Below are positions 10,936 to 21,374 of a stretch of DNA of 64,000 nt, piece by piece. The stretch is from an uncultured cyanobacterium (lineage in GTDB: Bacteria > Cyanobacteriota > Cyanobacteriia > Cyanobacteriales > CAWCAG01). Location of the stretch: assembly GCA_963793425.1 (NCBI GenBank), contig CAWCAG010000001.1:366231-430230 (forward strand), read 5' to 3'. A program made the position numbers and the translations under genes. Positions within the stretch are counted from its first letter, which is position 1. Each line of letters starts with the position of its first letter. The notes under the pieces were generated by a model. That model searched no databases, had not been told where the DNA came from, and saw only the letters and a program-made list of their open reading frames with translations.

Positions 10936-12327
10936 TTAAAATTCTGCACTTAAAGGAGTACGAGGAAAAGGAATAACATCGCGGATATTATTCATCCCGG
11001 TCATAAACTGTACTAACCTTTCAAAGCCTAAGCCAAAACCAGCATGGGGAACTGTTCCGTAACGACGCAGATCGAGATACCACCATAAATCTTCTGTGGG
11101 AAATTCTTGTTCTTTAATGCGTCTTTCTAAAACATCAAGACGTTCCTCCCGTTGTGAACCGCCGATAATTTCACCAATTTTGGGGGCTAAAACATCCATG
11201 GCAGCAACGGTTTTTTCATCGTCATTTAAACGCATATAAAAAGCCTTAATTCCCACAGGATAATCAGTGACAATGGTAGGTTTTTTAAATAATTCTTCTG
11301 CTAAATAACGCTCATGTTCTGATTGTAAATCTATGCCCCACTCTACAGGATATTCAAACTTCCTTTCTGCTTTTTCTAAAAGTGAAATCGCCTCTGTATA
11401 AGTAATCTTAGCAAACTCACTATTAATAATATTATCTGCGGTGGCTAAAACAGTATCATCAATGCGTTTGTTGAAAAATTCCATATCTTCAGGACATTTT
11501 TCTAACACAAACTTAAACACATATTTAAGGAACTGTTCCGCTAAATCTCTGTCCCCTGCTAAATCACAAAAAGCCATTTCTGGTTCCACCATCCAAAACT
11601 CAGCTAAATGGCGGGAAGTATTGGAATTTTCTGCCCGAAAAGTGGGACCAAAAGTATAAACATCTTTAAAAGCCATCGCCATCACTTCCGCTTCTAATTG
11701 CCCACTGACGGTCAGATAAGCCTGCCGACCAAAAAAGTCTTGGCTAAAGTCTATTTCCCCATTATCGAGGCGGGGGACATCTTTTAAATTCAAACTCGTG
11801 ACATTAAATAACTCCCCTGCCCCCTCACAATCACTCGCGGTTATAACCGGGGTATGAACCCAGAGAAAGTCCCTCGCTTGGAAAAATTGATGGATCGCCT
11901 CAGAACAAGCATTACGTACCCGAAAAACCGCTCCTAAAGTATTGGTACGCGCTCTTAAATGGCCAATAGTACGCAAAAATTCAAAGGAATGACGCTTTTT
12001 TTGTAAAGGATAGGTTTCTACCTCCGCTTCTCCATAAACTTCTACCTTAGAAGCCTGTATTTCTACCCGCTGCCCTTTACCCGGAGAAGCAGCTAAAACC
12101 CCGGCAACTTCCACCGAAGCCCCTGTATTAAGCTGTTTAAGCAAGTCCTCATAATCTGGTAAATCAGGATTAAGTACCACTTGAATACTTGCTAAGGAAG
12201 AACCATCATTAACTTCTATAAAAGCAAAATTTTTCAATTCCCGCTTAGTACGCACCCAACCCTGAATTGTGACCACATTATCAGGTTGCCCTTGGCGCAA
12301 GATTTCTCTAATCCTTTTTGTAACCAT
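10936..12327 (-). CDS. asnS: Asparagine--tRNA ligase
   Basis: GWVRTKR OB fold; [36 protein letters not shown]. Confidence 0.97.
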   Translation of the reverse strand: MVTKRIREILRQGQPDNVVTIQGWVRTKRELKNFAFIEVNDGSSLASIQVVLNPDLPDYEDLLKQLNTGASVEVAGVLAASPGKGQRVEIQASKVEVYGEAEVETYPLQKKRHSFEFLRTIGHLRARTNTLGAVFRVRNACSEAIHQFFQARDFLWVHTPVITASDCEGAGELFNVTSLNLKDVPRLDNGEIDFSQDFFGRQAYLTVSGQLEAEVMAMAFKDVYTFGPTFRAENSNTSRHLAEFWMVEPEMAFCDLAGDRDLAEQFLKYVFKFVLEKCPEDMEFFNKRIDDTVLATADNIINSEFAKITYTEAISLLEKAERKFEYPVEWGIDLQSEHERYLAEELFKKPTIVTDYPVGIKAFYMRLNDDEKTVAAMDVLAPKIGEIIGGSQREERLDVLERRIKEQEFPTEDLWWYLDLRRYGTVPHAGFGLGFERLVQFMTGMNNIRDVIPFPRTPLSAEF

Positions 12328-12379
12328 AGATTTTTCTTTTTATCGAACTCGCAGCTATATAGCAATATAGCAATGTTTG

Positions 12380-12537
12380 AGGGAGCAGGGAGTGGGGAGT
12401 GGGGAGTAAAGTTAGGGCTGGGTTGCCATTATGCTACTAATTCAACTTTGGAGTTAAACTCTTCTGCCACGACTCTACAATAAAGGTTATTGTTGAAGCA
12501 GTCTGTATCCCTCCTACTCCCTACTCCCTACTCCCTG
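12380..12537. repeat. Oppositely oriented heptamer tracts, (GGGAGTG)n and (CTACTCC)n
   Basis: gggagtggggagtggggagt near 12388-12407 and ctcctactccctactccctactccc near 12511-12535, in the divergent asnS/kinase intergenic region. Confidence 0.7.
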
Positions 12538-12547
12538 TACTTAATCA

Positions 12548-15500
12548 ATGATTGGAAAACTCAAACTGGGGACAAAATTTACCGTCTTGTTGCTACTGAT
12601 TTTTCTGGGCGGTATGGTACTGAGTAGCGTAGCTTTGTCTGGGGCTATGCAAAGTCGGGCTGAGAATGAGGTGGTGGCTAAAGCAGAAATTCTCATGCAA
12701 ACTATGAGTTCGGTGAGAAATTATACCAGTAATAATATTAAATACCTTCTTGATAAACATTTGAATTGGTCTTCTGAATTTGCCCCAGAAACTGTCCCTG
12801 CCTATTCTGCGAGGGAAGTTTTTGAAGATTTTCGCCACCAACCAGAATATAAAAATTTCCTTTATAAAGAAGCTACCCTCAATCCGACTAATCTTCGGGA
12901 TCAAGCAGATGAGTTTGAGACACAATTAATTGAACAATTTAAGCAAGATCCGATTACCAAAGAAATTAAAGGCTATCGCCAAGGTTTAGCAGAAAAGTAT
13001 TTCTTTATTGCTCGCCGCGTAAGTGTAGAACAGGAAAGTTGTCTTCAATGTCATAGTTTACCTCAACTTGCTCCGGAGCATATGCTCAAAACTTATGGTA
13101 ACGAACATGGTTTTGGCTGGAAGTTAGGAGAAATTGTTGCAGCACAAACTATTTATGTTCCGGCTAGCCAAGTATTTGCCCAAGGTTCTAGATATTTAAT
13201 CTTAGTTATTAGCATCTTTACGAGTATTTTTGCCTTAGCTATTCTTTTCATCAACTTATTATTAAATCGCACTGTAGTTAAACCCCTCAAACAGTTAACC
13301 AGAATTGCTCAAAAAGCTACTAACCAAGAATCTGAACCTACCGATCTGTTGCAGAATCTGGCTATTTTAGGGGATGAACCAGGACAGTTAGCCAAAGCTT
13401 TTCAGGATATGAAGCAAGAGGTTAGTGCAAGGGAACAAAGACTAAAGCAAGCCCAAGCAGCCCTGCAAGGCAGTGAAGAGTATTTTCGTTCCTTAATTGA
13501 ACAAGCTTCTGATATTATTGCTATTTTAAATAGCGATCGCACTATTCGTTACGTTAGCCCAGCTATTCAAACCGCCTTGGGATACAAAGCTGAAGCTGTT
13601 ATAGAACGAGATATTTTAGATTTTGTTCATCCTCAAGATGATAGAAGAATTAAAATATTTTTCCGTCTGATTAAACACCGCCGAGATATTTCCGCCCCTG
13701 TAGAACTACGCATTAAACATCAGAATGGTTCTTGGCAAACCATAGAAGCTATTGGTCATAATCGTCTTGACGATTCTATTGTTGGTGGTTTTGTGGTTAA
13801 TGCTCGTAATATTACAGCCCGGAAGTTAACAGAAAAGCAACTCCAAAGAAGCGAAGCTTCTATTCGTTTACTCCATGAAGTGACCACAAAACAAGAACTC
13901 AACTTTGAACAGCGTTTGCAACAGCTATTAATTATGGGTTGCCAGCAGTTTGGTTTAGAAGTAGGTATTCTTAGTGTCATTGAAGAAGATCATCATTTAG
14001 TTGCAGCCCTGCAAACCCCAGAAGCTTTTGCTCCGATCATTAAGTTAGGATCTGCATTTTCCTTAGTAGCAAAGAGTGATGACAAAGCCCCCCAGAAATT
14101 AAGTTTCAATAACACCAATCTTTTTCTCCAAGCTTACATGACAACTCAAGTGTTTATAGAGGAGGAACCCTACGGCAACCTCAGCTTTGCAAGTCTTACT
14201 CAACATAATGCTAGCTTCAACTCATCAGATGAAGAACTTCTTAACCTAATGGGACAGTGGCTGGGTAGTGAATTGCAACACCAGCACTCTGAATTTAAGT
14301 TAGCACAGGCAAGGGATGAAGCTTTAGCTGCTAACCGTTCTAAAAGCGAGTTTTTAGCGATTATGAGTCATGAAATTCGTACCCCTATGAATGCTGTTAT
14401 TGGTATGACAGGATTATTATTTCATACGGCTTTAACTCCTCAACAACAGGACTTTGTAGAAACAATCCGCAGTAGTGGCAATGCTTTATTAACCCTAATC
14501 AACGACATCCTCGACTTCTCTAAAATTGAAGCTGGCAGATTGGAGATGGAGGAACAACCTTTCTCCTTGCGTAGTTGCTTGGAAGAAGCCCTAGATTTAG
14601 TTGCCTCGGAAGCGGCAGCAAAAGGGTTAGAGTTGGCATATTTAATTGATAGCCACACCCCCAAAACCATCATTGGTGATGTCACGCGGGTTAGACAGGT
14701 TTTAGTTAATCTTTTAGGCAATGCTGTCAAATTCACCAAAGCAGGGGAGATTGTTGTTTCTGTCGGCAGCAAAGCCCAAAACGACAATACCTACGAAATT
14801 CAATTTTCCGTTAAAGATACAGGCATTGGCATTCCCCAAGAAAGAATGAACCGCCTTTTCCAATCCTTCAGTCAAGTAGACTCCTCCACCACCCGTAAAT
14901 ATGGAGGTACAGGGTTAGGATTAGCTATCAGCAAGCTCCTCAGCGAAATGATGGGGGGAACAATGTGGGCGCAAAGCCAGGTAGGGTTTGGTTCTACTTT
15001 TCACTTTACTATTGCTGCCCAAGCTTCTTGGGAGTTAACAGAAAGAGAATCTAGCCAACTTTATCAACTAACCGGTAAGCAGATTTTAATCATCGACCAA
15101 AACCTAACTAATCAGCAAATCCTCACTCGACAAACTCAATCTTGGGGAGTGGTAAGTCAGGGAGTAGAATCAGGAACCCAAGCCTTAGATTGGCTCTGCC
15201 AGGGGCAAGAATGCGACTTAACTATAGTAGACATTGAAATCCTCCAGGAAGAAGGATTTGACCTGGTTAAAGCTATCCGCCAGCAATCTGGACAAGAAAA
15301 TTTGCCCTTCGCGATCTTAACCCCTGAACATAGTCCGGAATTAAAAGAGCAAATTGAGGAGTTAGCATTAGTTACAGTCCTGAAAAAACCGGTACAACCT
15401 TCCCAACTTTACAATCTCCTCATCACAATTTTTGCCGAAAAACCGATCCGACTACAGCAAGGATTTATTAAAGGTGAAACCGAGGTTATTCCCCATGAAA

Positions 15501-16273
15501 CTAAACCTTTACGTATTCTTCTAGCAGAAGACAATGTAGTTAACCAAAAAGTTGCTTTACTGATGCTAGGAGAATTAGGCTACCGTGCAGACTTAGCCGG
15601 GAATGGTTTAGAAGTTTTAGAAGCTTTGCATCGCCAAAACTATGATGTGATTTTGATGGATGTGCAAATGCCAGAAATGGATGGCTTGACAGCAGCAGAA
15701 CATATTTGCCTACAATGGAATCCTCACTCTCGTCCCTACATCATTGCCATGACAGCCAATGCTATGCAAGGAGATCGGGAAAGATGTCTTCGGGCCGGCA
15801 TGGATAATTATATCAGCAAACCTATAAGTTTAAAGGAGTTAACGAGAGCATTAAATGAATATAAGCCAGAAATAGCAAATGACTTAAAGTCAGATTTCCC
15901 CGAACAACAGCAACAAGACTCTACTTCTGTGTTAGATTTGCACATTTTTGCTTCCTTACGTCGTATGGCAGGGGCAAAGGCAGATCAGGTGATTGCTAAT
16001 CTGATTGGTAACTATCTCGAAGATGCCCCGCAATATCTCCAACGTATGAACAAAGCTTTAGAGATAGCTGATCCCCAAGAACTTCGTCAAGCCGTCCATT
16101 CCCTGCGTTCCTCCAGCGCCAATTTGGGGGCTGCGGCACTAGCTGAACTATGCAGGGAGGTAGAAAATATTGCCCGTTCCGATACAATTCAAGGAGTTGC
16201 GGAAAAGCTTGTTGCCATAGAAGAGGAGTATGGCAAGGTTGAGGAGGCTTTGCATGAGGAAACTGGTCAATGA
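12548..16273 (+). CDS. Hybrid sensor kinase: periplasmic c-type-heme (DUF3365/Tll0287-like) domain, HAMP, PAS, GAF-like, HisKA, HATPase, two REC domains, Hpt
   Basis: YKEATLNPTN and SCLQCH (CxxCH); PAS; MSHEIRTPMN; GGTGLGL; LLAEDNVVNQ...MDVQMP; AVHSLRSSSANLG. Confidence 0.9.
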   Translation: MIGKLKLGTKFTVLLLLIFLGGMVLSSVALSGAMQSRAENEVVAKAEILMQTMSSVRNYTSNNIKYLLDKHLNWSSEFAPETVPAYSAREVFEDFRHQPEYKNFLYKEATLNPTNLRDQADEFETQLIEQFKQDPITKEIKGYRQGLAEKYFFIARRVSVEQESCLQCHSLPQLAPEHMLKTYGNEHGFGWKLGEIVAAQTIYVPASQVFAQGSRYLILVISIFTSIFALAILFINLLLNRTVVKPLKQLTRIAQKATNQESEPTDLLQNLAILGDEPGQLAKAFQDMKQEVSAREQRLKQAQAALQGSEEYFRSLIEQASDIIAILNSDRTIRYVSPAIQTALGYKAEAVIERDILDFVHPQDDRRIKIFFRLIKHRRDISAPVELRIKHQNGSWQTIEAIGHNRLDDSIVGGFVVNARNITARKLTEKQLQRSEASIRLLHEVTTKQELNFEQRLQQLLIMGCQQFGLEVGILSVIEEDHHLVAALQTPEAFAPIIKLGSAFSLVAKSDDKAPQKLSFNNTNLFLQAYMTTQVFIEEEPYGNLSFASLTQHNASFNSSDEELLNLMGQWLGSELQHQHSEFKLAQARDEALAANRSKSEFLAIMSHEIRTPMNAVIGMTGLLFHTALTPQQQDFVETIRSSGNALLTLINDILDFSKIEAGRLEMEEQPFSLRSCLEEALDLVASEAAAKGLELAYLIDSHTPKTIIGDVTRVRQVLVNLLGNAVKFTKAGEIVVSVGSKAQNDNTYEIQFSVKDTGIGIPQERMNRLFQSFSQVDSSTTRKYGGTGLGLAISKLLSEMMGGTMWAQSQVGFGSTFHFTIAAQASWELTERESSQLYQLTGKQILIIDQNLTNQQILTRQTQSWGVVSQGVESGTQALDWLCQGQECDLTIVDIEILQEEGFDLVKAIRQQSGQENLPFAILTPEHSPELKEQIEELALVTVLKKPVQPSQLYNLLITIFAEKPIRLQQGFIKGETEVIPHETKPLRILLAEDNVVNQKVALLMLGELGYRADLAGNGLEVLEALHRQNYDVILMDVQMPEMDGLTAAEHICLQWNPHSRPYIIAMTANAMQGDRERCLRAGMDNYISKPISLKELTRALNEYKPEIANDLKSDFPEQQQQDSTSVLDLHIFASLRRMAGAKADQVIANLIGNYLEDAPQYLQRMNKALEIADPQELRQAVHSLRSSSANLGAAALAELCREVENIARSDTIQGVAEKLVAIEEEYGKVEEALHEETGQ

Positions 16274-16384
16274 TGTCTACGACAACGGCAAGCCGAACAA
16301 TAATGATTCAGTATAGCTCCCCAGTATGAGAATTGCTATTAAGATATAAACTTGATGTTAAATCCAATAATTATCTTTTGCCCT

Positions 16385-16939
16385 ATGGTTCGCCGCAGCT
16401 TTCTTAGTGCCATTCTTGCCAGTTTCTTTGTCTTCTGTAATTTCTTTGTCTTAACGCCTCCTGCCGAGGCTTTAGGGGGGAAACAACCACTTCTTAACGA
16501 ACCTGCCCCAGAATTCACTTTACCGACAAATACAGGAGATGGAGAAATTTCCCTCTCTGACTATCGCGGCAAATGGGTTGTCCTTTATTTTTATCCTAAA
16601 GACTTTACCGCAGGCTGTACCTTAGAAGCGCGACGCTTTCAAGAAGATTTAGCAGAATATATTAAAAGGGATACTCAAATTCTGGGGGTAAGTGCTGATG
16701 ATATCGACTCCCATGCTGAATTTTGCGACTCTGAAGGGTTGAAATTCCCTCTTTTAGCAGATACAGATGGTTCAGTTAGTAAAGCTTATGGTTCTTGGAT
16801 GGGTTTTGTATCCCTGCGTCATACTTACTTAATTGATCCTCAAGGTATTTTACAGCAAACCTATCTCGGAGTCAGACCGGTTATTCATAGCAAAGAAGTT
16901 TTAGCCCGCCTTGATGAATTGCGTGGAGAATCTTCTTGA
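16385..16939 (+). CDS. Peroxiredoxin (BCP/PrxQ family) with probable Tat-type signal; ATG 16385 preferred over TTG 16352
   Basis: LYFYPKDFTAGCTLEA active site; N-terminal MVRRSFL plus hydrophobic stretch and AEA. Confidence 0.88.
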   Translation: MVRRSFLSAILASFFVFCNFFVLTPPAEALGGKQPLLNEPAPEFTLPTNTGDGEISLSDYRGKWVVLYFYPKDFTAGCTLEARRFQEDLAEYIKRDTQILGVSADDIDSHAEFCDSEGLKFPLLADTDGSVSKAYGSWMGFVSLRHTYLIDPQGILQQTYLGVRPVIHSKEVLARLDELRGESS

Positions 16940-16999
16940 ATTAATGGGCAATGTTTCAGGAAATAGGATAATCTATCGAGGTCTAATCTTAAGAAGTAT

Positions 17000-18400
17000 A
17001 TGAGTGCGTCAGAAAACTATCGCCTTGAGAAAGATTCTATGGGAGAACGCCAAATTCCCCAAGAAGCTTATTATGGCATCCAAACTTTACGGGCTAAAGA
17101 AAATTTCCCGATTAGCGGTATTAAACCCTTACCTACCTACGTTGATGCTTGCGTACTAATTAAAAAAGCTACGGCGATCGCTAACGGAGAGTTGAAGTGT
17201 ATACCCGCTGATATTAGTCAAGCTATTGTCCAAGCGGCAGATGAAGTATTAAAAGGTCAGTTTCGGGAACAGTTTATTGTTGATGTTTATCAAGCTGGTG
17301 CAGGTACTTCTCACCATATGAACATCAACGAAGTCTTGGCTAACCGTGCTTTGGAAATATTAGGGGAGGAGAAAGGGAATTACCAAAGAGTTAGCCCCAA
17401 TGATCATGTTAATTATGGTCAGTCTACCAATGATGTTATTCCTACTGCTATTCGTATTGGTTCCCTATTAGCTTTGGAACATTCCCTCTATCCTGCCTTA
17501 GAAAGTGCGATCGCCACTTTAGAAGCTAAAGCTGAAGAGTTCCAAGAAATTGTCAAATCAGGCAGGACTCATTTGCAAGATGCTGTACCAGTGCGTTTAG
17601 GGGAAGGATTCCGGGCCTGGTTTCATATTCTTAGGGATCATCAAAAACGCATCAAGCTTGCGGCGGAAGATTTATTTATCTTAGGTTTAGGGGGAAGTGC
17701 TGCGGGGACAGGTATGAATACCCATCCTCAATATCGCTTTCGGGTAGCAGAAATCCTCACAGAATTAACCGCCCAACCCTTAAAAAGCGCACCTCATTTA
17801 ATGGCTGCGATGCAAAGTATGGCTCCTTTTGTCAATGTTTCTGGTAGTTTACGCAACTTGGCTCAAGATTTGGTGAAAATTTCCCATGACTTACGCCTCA
17901 TGGATTCTGGCCCTAACACTGGTTTTAAGGAAATTCAACTTCCTCCTGTACAACCAGGCTCTTCGATTATGCCAGGTAAATACAATCCTGTCATGGCGGA
18001 GATGACTTCTATGGTTTGTTTCCAAGTTATGGGTTACGACACCGCTATTACTTTTGCTGCCCAGGCAGGACAATTGGAGTTAAATGTGATGATGCCCCTC
18101 ATTGCCTATGACTTAATCCACAGCATCGAAATTCTTGGCAACACCGTCGCTGCCTTAACTAAAAGCTGTTTGCAAGGTATAACAGCAAGGGGCGATCGCT
18201 GTAGCAATTATGCCGAAAGTAGTTTAGCTTTAGTGACGGCACTCAACCCTCACATTGGCTATCTCAACGCTGCTTCTGTGGCTAAGGAGTCATTAGAAAC
18301 AGGTAAATCTTTAAGGCAAATAGTTTTAGCAAGGGAATTAATGACAGAAGCGCAATTAGCAGATGTTTTAGATTTAGAGGCAATGAGCAAGCTGAGATAA
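17000..18400 (+). CDS. aspA: Aspartate ammonia-lyase (fumarase/aspartase superfamily)
   Basis: QAGAGTS, GQSTNDVIPT, KSGRTHLQDA and GSSIMPGKYNP signatures. Confidence 0.85.
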   Translation: MSASENYRLEKDSMGERQIPQEAYYGIQTLRAKENFPISGIKPLPTYVDACVLIKKATAIANGELKCIPADISQAIVQAADEVLKGQFREQFIVDVYQAGAGTSHHMNINEVLANRALEILGEEKGNYQRVSPNDHVNYGQSTNDVIPTAIRIGSLLALEHSLYPALESAIATLEAKAEEFQEIVKSGRTHLQDAVPVRLGEGFRAWFHILRDHQKRIKLAAEDLFILGLGGSAAGTGMNTHPQYRFRVAEILTELTAQPLKSAPHLMAAMQSMAPFVNVSGSLRNLAQDLVKISHDLRLMDSGPNTGFKEIQLPPVQPGSSIMPGKYNPVMAEMTSMVCFQVMGYDTAITFAAQAGQLELNVMMPLIAYDLIHSIEILGNTVAALTKSCLQGITARGDRCSNYAESSLALVTALNPHIGYLNAASVAKESLETGKSLRQIVLARELMTEAQLADVLDLEAMSKLR

Positions 18401-18588
18401 TTAAAGTTGAGTAACTTATACTTTGGCAAATTCTGGCTCTTTCTCAGTTGCTAATTATTCTATCTCCCTAATTCCCTAGCTCCCTAGCAAAAAAAACTAC
18501 ACTCGTAAGAACGGGGAGATGGGGTGACTGGGTAATCTGATACCCTAAATAAGGGTCAACTCTCAAAACAGTTTGAAAAGCAACACAA

Positions 18589-18828
18589 ATGAGCAAAAAC
18601 ACTTTCGATAGCCAACTTGCTTTTGAAGAAAGAGCAGAAAAAATTGGTAAACAAGCCTTAAAGTTAGGCTTAATTCCTAGCTTTTCTATTCGCTATTTTC
18701 CTGATAGCTGGGAGTTTTATCTTCCGGAAAAAGGTCAAACTGAATCCACTGCTTTGACTCCAGAAGAAGCGTATCTTAAGTTGAAAAAAATGGTTGAACA
18801 GTCTGGGGCAGAATTAAGTAATAAGTAA
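18589..18828 (+). CDS. Small hypothetical protein
   Basis: 79-aa ORF with ATG start, co-directional with neighbours. Confidence 0.6.
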   Translation: MSKNTFDSQLAFEERAEKIGKQALKLGLIPSFSIRYFPDSWEFYLPEKGQTESTALTPEEAYLKLKKMVEQSGAELSNK

Positions 18829-18873
18829 TTTCAGACTATTACTTATTGCCAGAGTACCTTTTGATTTTTTAAC

Positions 18874-19305
18874 TTGCTAGAGAACAGTATCAATATGGCT
18901 TTTCGATATACATATACTAGGTTAAACGTATCTGATTACCAAGCTTGCAAAGCTTTTTATCATGATGTGATGGGCTGGGAAGTTATCTATAGTGATGATC
19001 AAGAAGAATATGCTGAATTCGCCACAGGGCAAACCAAGATAACTATTTTTAATCGCCAGAAATTAAAAGAATTTCTTGGTAACGATGAGACGACAACCTA
19101 CGATCCTCACTATGCTGGTGTTGCCCTGACTTTTGAGGTAAATAACTTAGATGAAACCATTAAACAACTCAAAGCCCAAGGGGTAAAACTTATTAACAAT
19201 CCTTGGAATTATCCTGACAGAGGTTTTATTTCTGCCTGTTTTCGAGATCCTGATGGTAATTTAATTGAGTTGCAACAATCAATTTTTCAGCAACCTACGG
19301 CTTGA
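18874..19305 (+). CDS. VOC/glyoxalase family protein (likely start ATG 18895)
   Basis: YTRLNVSD...FYHDVMG and FRDPDGNLIEL. Confidence 0.88.
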   Translation: MLENSINMAFRYTYTRLNVSDYQACKAFYHDVMGWEVIYSDDQEEYAEFATGQTKITIFNRQKLKEFLGNDETTTYDPHYAGVALTFEVNNLDETIKQLKAQGVKLINNPWNYPDRGFISACFRDPDGNLIELQQSIFQQPTA

Positions 19306-19384
19306 GGGAGATGGGGAGGTTTGTTGTCAAACCAATAGCGAGTTTTTAAAAACCAAAGCAGGTTTTTATAATAAAGGAGAAGCA

Positions 19385-20176
19385 TTAACCGCCTTCAATC
19401 GCCTCTTGAATTGCTAGGGGAACCCGGTTGAGGAAGTCGTAGCCTGTTTTTGCTTCTAGTTGATCAACGCTTACTTGATAATTTTCCCAGTCTGGGCTAG
19501 TGTTGACGCGGTTGGTAACATCAACAGCAATCACTCTGGTATTTTCTGAGATACCATTTAAGCCTGTTCCTGGTTCATCTAAGACAACGATTACTTTCCA
19601 AGTATAGGTGGGTACGGTTATTTGTTTGTCGGGGCCAATTTTTTCCCTCTCCCCATAAACTCCAGCGACAATGTAAAGTTCTTTACCTTCTTCTACTAAG
19701 TCTCGACAGTATTCTTCTAACTCTCGCCATGCACCCCGATTGTTATTTGGGGTTTGGGGTATGATGTTGGTCATTAAAAAAGTGGCCGAGTTATCTTCTA
19801 CGGTATCCCTTCTATCCGCAGAAGGGGTAAGATGACCACGATCATAGCCACTTCCCGGATAATCGCCTGCTCTGACCTGATACCATTCTGCTGGTAAGGT
19901 AGCATCAGGGCGAAAATCATTTTGCCTTTCTACATTACCTAACCAACTTTGGTTAAGCTGCCAAGCAACCCAATTAGGGGTTGCCCGTTCTTGGTTATAA
20001 GATAGGGCATATTGGGGCTTTTCCATTAAATAATTATTTGGCTCTAACCCGGCGTTACTAGGATTGCCTAATAATAAGTGAGGACTGGTTGGTGTCTCGA
20101 AGTCTAAAAGAAAATCGCAGCCAGTTTGGAGGAAGATTAAAATAGTTGCGATCGCAATAGTTAGTTGTTTTGGCAC
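19385..20176 (-). CDS. DNA/RNA non-specific endonuclease (NucA-like), probable lipoprotein
   Basis: YDRGHLTPSADR active site; TFLMTNIIPQ..NNRGAW; lipobox-like QTGC. Confidence 0.92.
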   Translation of the reverse strand: MPKQLTIAIATILIFLQTGCDFLLDFETPTSPHLLLGNPSNAGLEPNNYLMEKPQYALSYNQERATPNWVAWQLNQSWLGNVERQNDFRPDATLPAEWYQVRAGDYPGSGYDRGHLTPSADRRDTVEDNSATFLMTNIIPQTPNNNRGAWRELEEYCRDLVEEGKELYIVAGVYGEREKIGPDKQITVPTYTWKVIVVLDEPGTGLNGISENTRVIAVDVTNRVNTSPDWENYQVSVDQLEAKTGYDFLNRVPLAIQEAIEGG

Positions 20177-20241
20177 AATTTATAGTTTTGCTAATAGCTA
20201 ATAGCTAACGGCTAATGGTGATTAGAATTTTAGGGTGGAAT

Positions 20242-21282
20242 TTAGGAAGCTAAAAACTTTGCTAATGCTTCTACTTTTAACCAAGCTTCACCGCTATCAA
20301 GGATATCATTGGCTAATTCAATGCCTTGTTGATAGTCTCCCCAAGGCACAGCATCGGCAACTTGTAAAGCTAAGGAAGTATTTAAGGCGACAACATCTTG
20401 TTGTGCCTTTGTACCTTTACCTTGCAAAACATTAGTGAGAATAGTCGTATTTTCTGCGATGTCACCGCCTTGTAAGGCTGTTGTGGGGGCGTAAGCTAAG
20501 CCTAGTTCTTTGGGGTTGATACTACTGATTTTTGTCTTTCCTTGGGCAACTAGGGCTAAATCCGTAGCCTCTGCTAATCCGGCTTCGTCTAATTTTTCCC
20601 TACCATGCAAAACAATGGCTTTGGGTATACCTAATTGGTTTAAGGCTTCTGCCATCGGAGTTAAAAATTGAGGATCAAAAACCCCAATTACTTGTCCTGT
20701 AGGGCTTAAGGGATTGACCAAAGGCCCAAGGAGGTTGAATACTGTTCTAACTTTGAGGGTACGACGCAAAGAAGCAACACTTTTCATGGCAGGATGCCAA
20801 CCGGGGGCGAAAAGGAAGGTGATACCGACTTCTTGTAGGGCAGCTTGTACTTTTGCAGTAGGGGCAGTAAGATTAATGCCTAACGCTTCTAAGACATCAG
20901 CCGAACCAACTTTGCTAGAAGCGGAACGATTGCCATGTTTGGCTACCGCAACCCCAGCAGCAGCAGAAACAAAGGCTACTGCTGTGGAAATATTAAAAGT
21001 TGATGCCCCGTCCCCTCCTGTACCGCAAGTATCGATGACAGGTTGGTTATGTTGGGGGGTTTCTTGTTGTAAAGATTGAGATTTTAAGACTTTAGCCATG
21101 CCCACGAGTTCCGCCGCAGATACACCTTTGGCTTGGAGGGCTACTAAAATTGCCCCAGAAAGGACAGGGGGGATTTTTTCTTGTAACCAACTTTCCATAA
21201 GGACAGAGGATTGGTCTTGAGAAAGAGATTCTTGATCTAATAATTGTTGTAGCAATTCAGACCAAATAATATCATTTATCAT
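20242..21282 (-). CDS. trpD: Anthranilate phosphoribosyltransferase
   Basis: [34 protein letters not shown] and [10 protein letters not shown]. Confidence 0.97.
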   Translation of the reverse strand: MINDIIWSELLQQLLDQESLSQDQSSVLMESWLQEKIPPVLSGAILVALQAKGVSAAELVGMAKVLKSQSLQQETPQHNQPVIDTCGTGGDGASTFNISTAVAFVSAAAGVAVAKHGNRSASSKVGSADVLEALGINLTAPTAKVQAALQEVGITFLFAPGWHPAMKSVASLRRTLKVRTVFNLLGPLVNPLSPTGQVIGVFDPQFLTPMAEALNQLGIPKAIVLHGREKLDEAGLAEATDLALVAQGKTKISSINPKELGLAYAPTTALQGGDIAENTTILTNVLQGKGTKAQQDVVALNTSLALQVADAVPWGDYQQGIELANDILDSGEAWLKVEALAKFLAS

Positions 21283-21340
21283 TTATCATTTATCATTAAA
21301 CATTTATCATTTATCATTAAACATTAAACATTGAACATTT
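21271..21340. repeat. Heptamer tandem repeats (ATCATTT)n/(AAACATT)n
   Basis: atcatttatcatttatcatttatcattaaacatttatcatttatcattaaacattaaacattgaacatt; same family at about 56570-56625 and 57340-57380. Confidence 0.85.
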
Positions 21341-21374
21341 ACCAAAAATAATCTAGACAACTAGCCACTAGCAA

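Noticed and set aside
19385..20176. NucA-like nuclease as part of the FtsK operon
   Set aside because: Separated from it by trpD and carries an export/lipoprotein signal; more likely nutrient scavenging.
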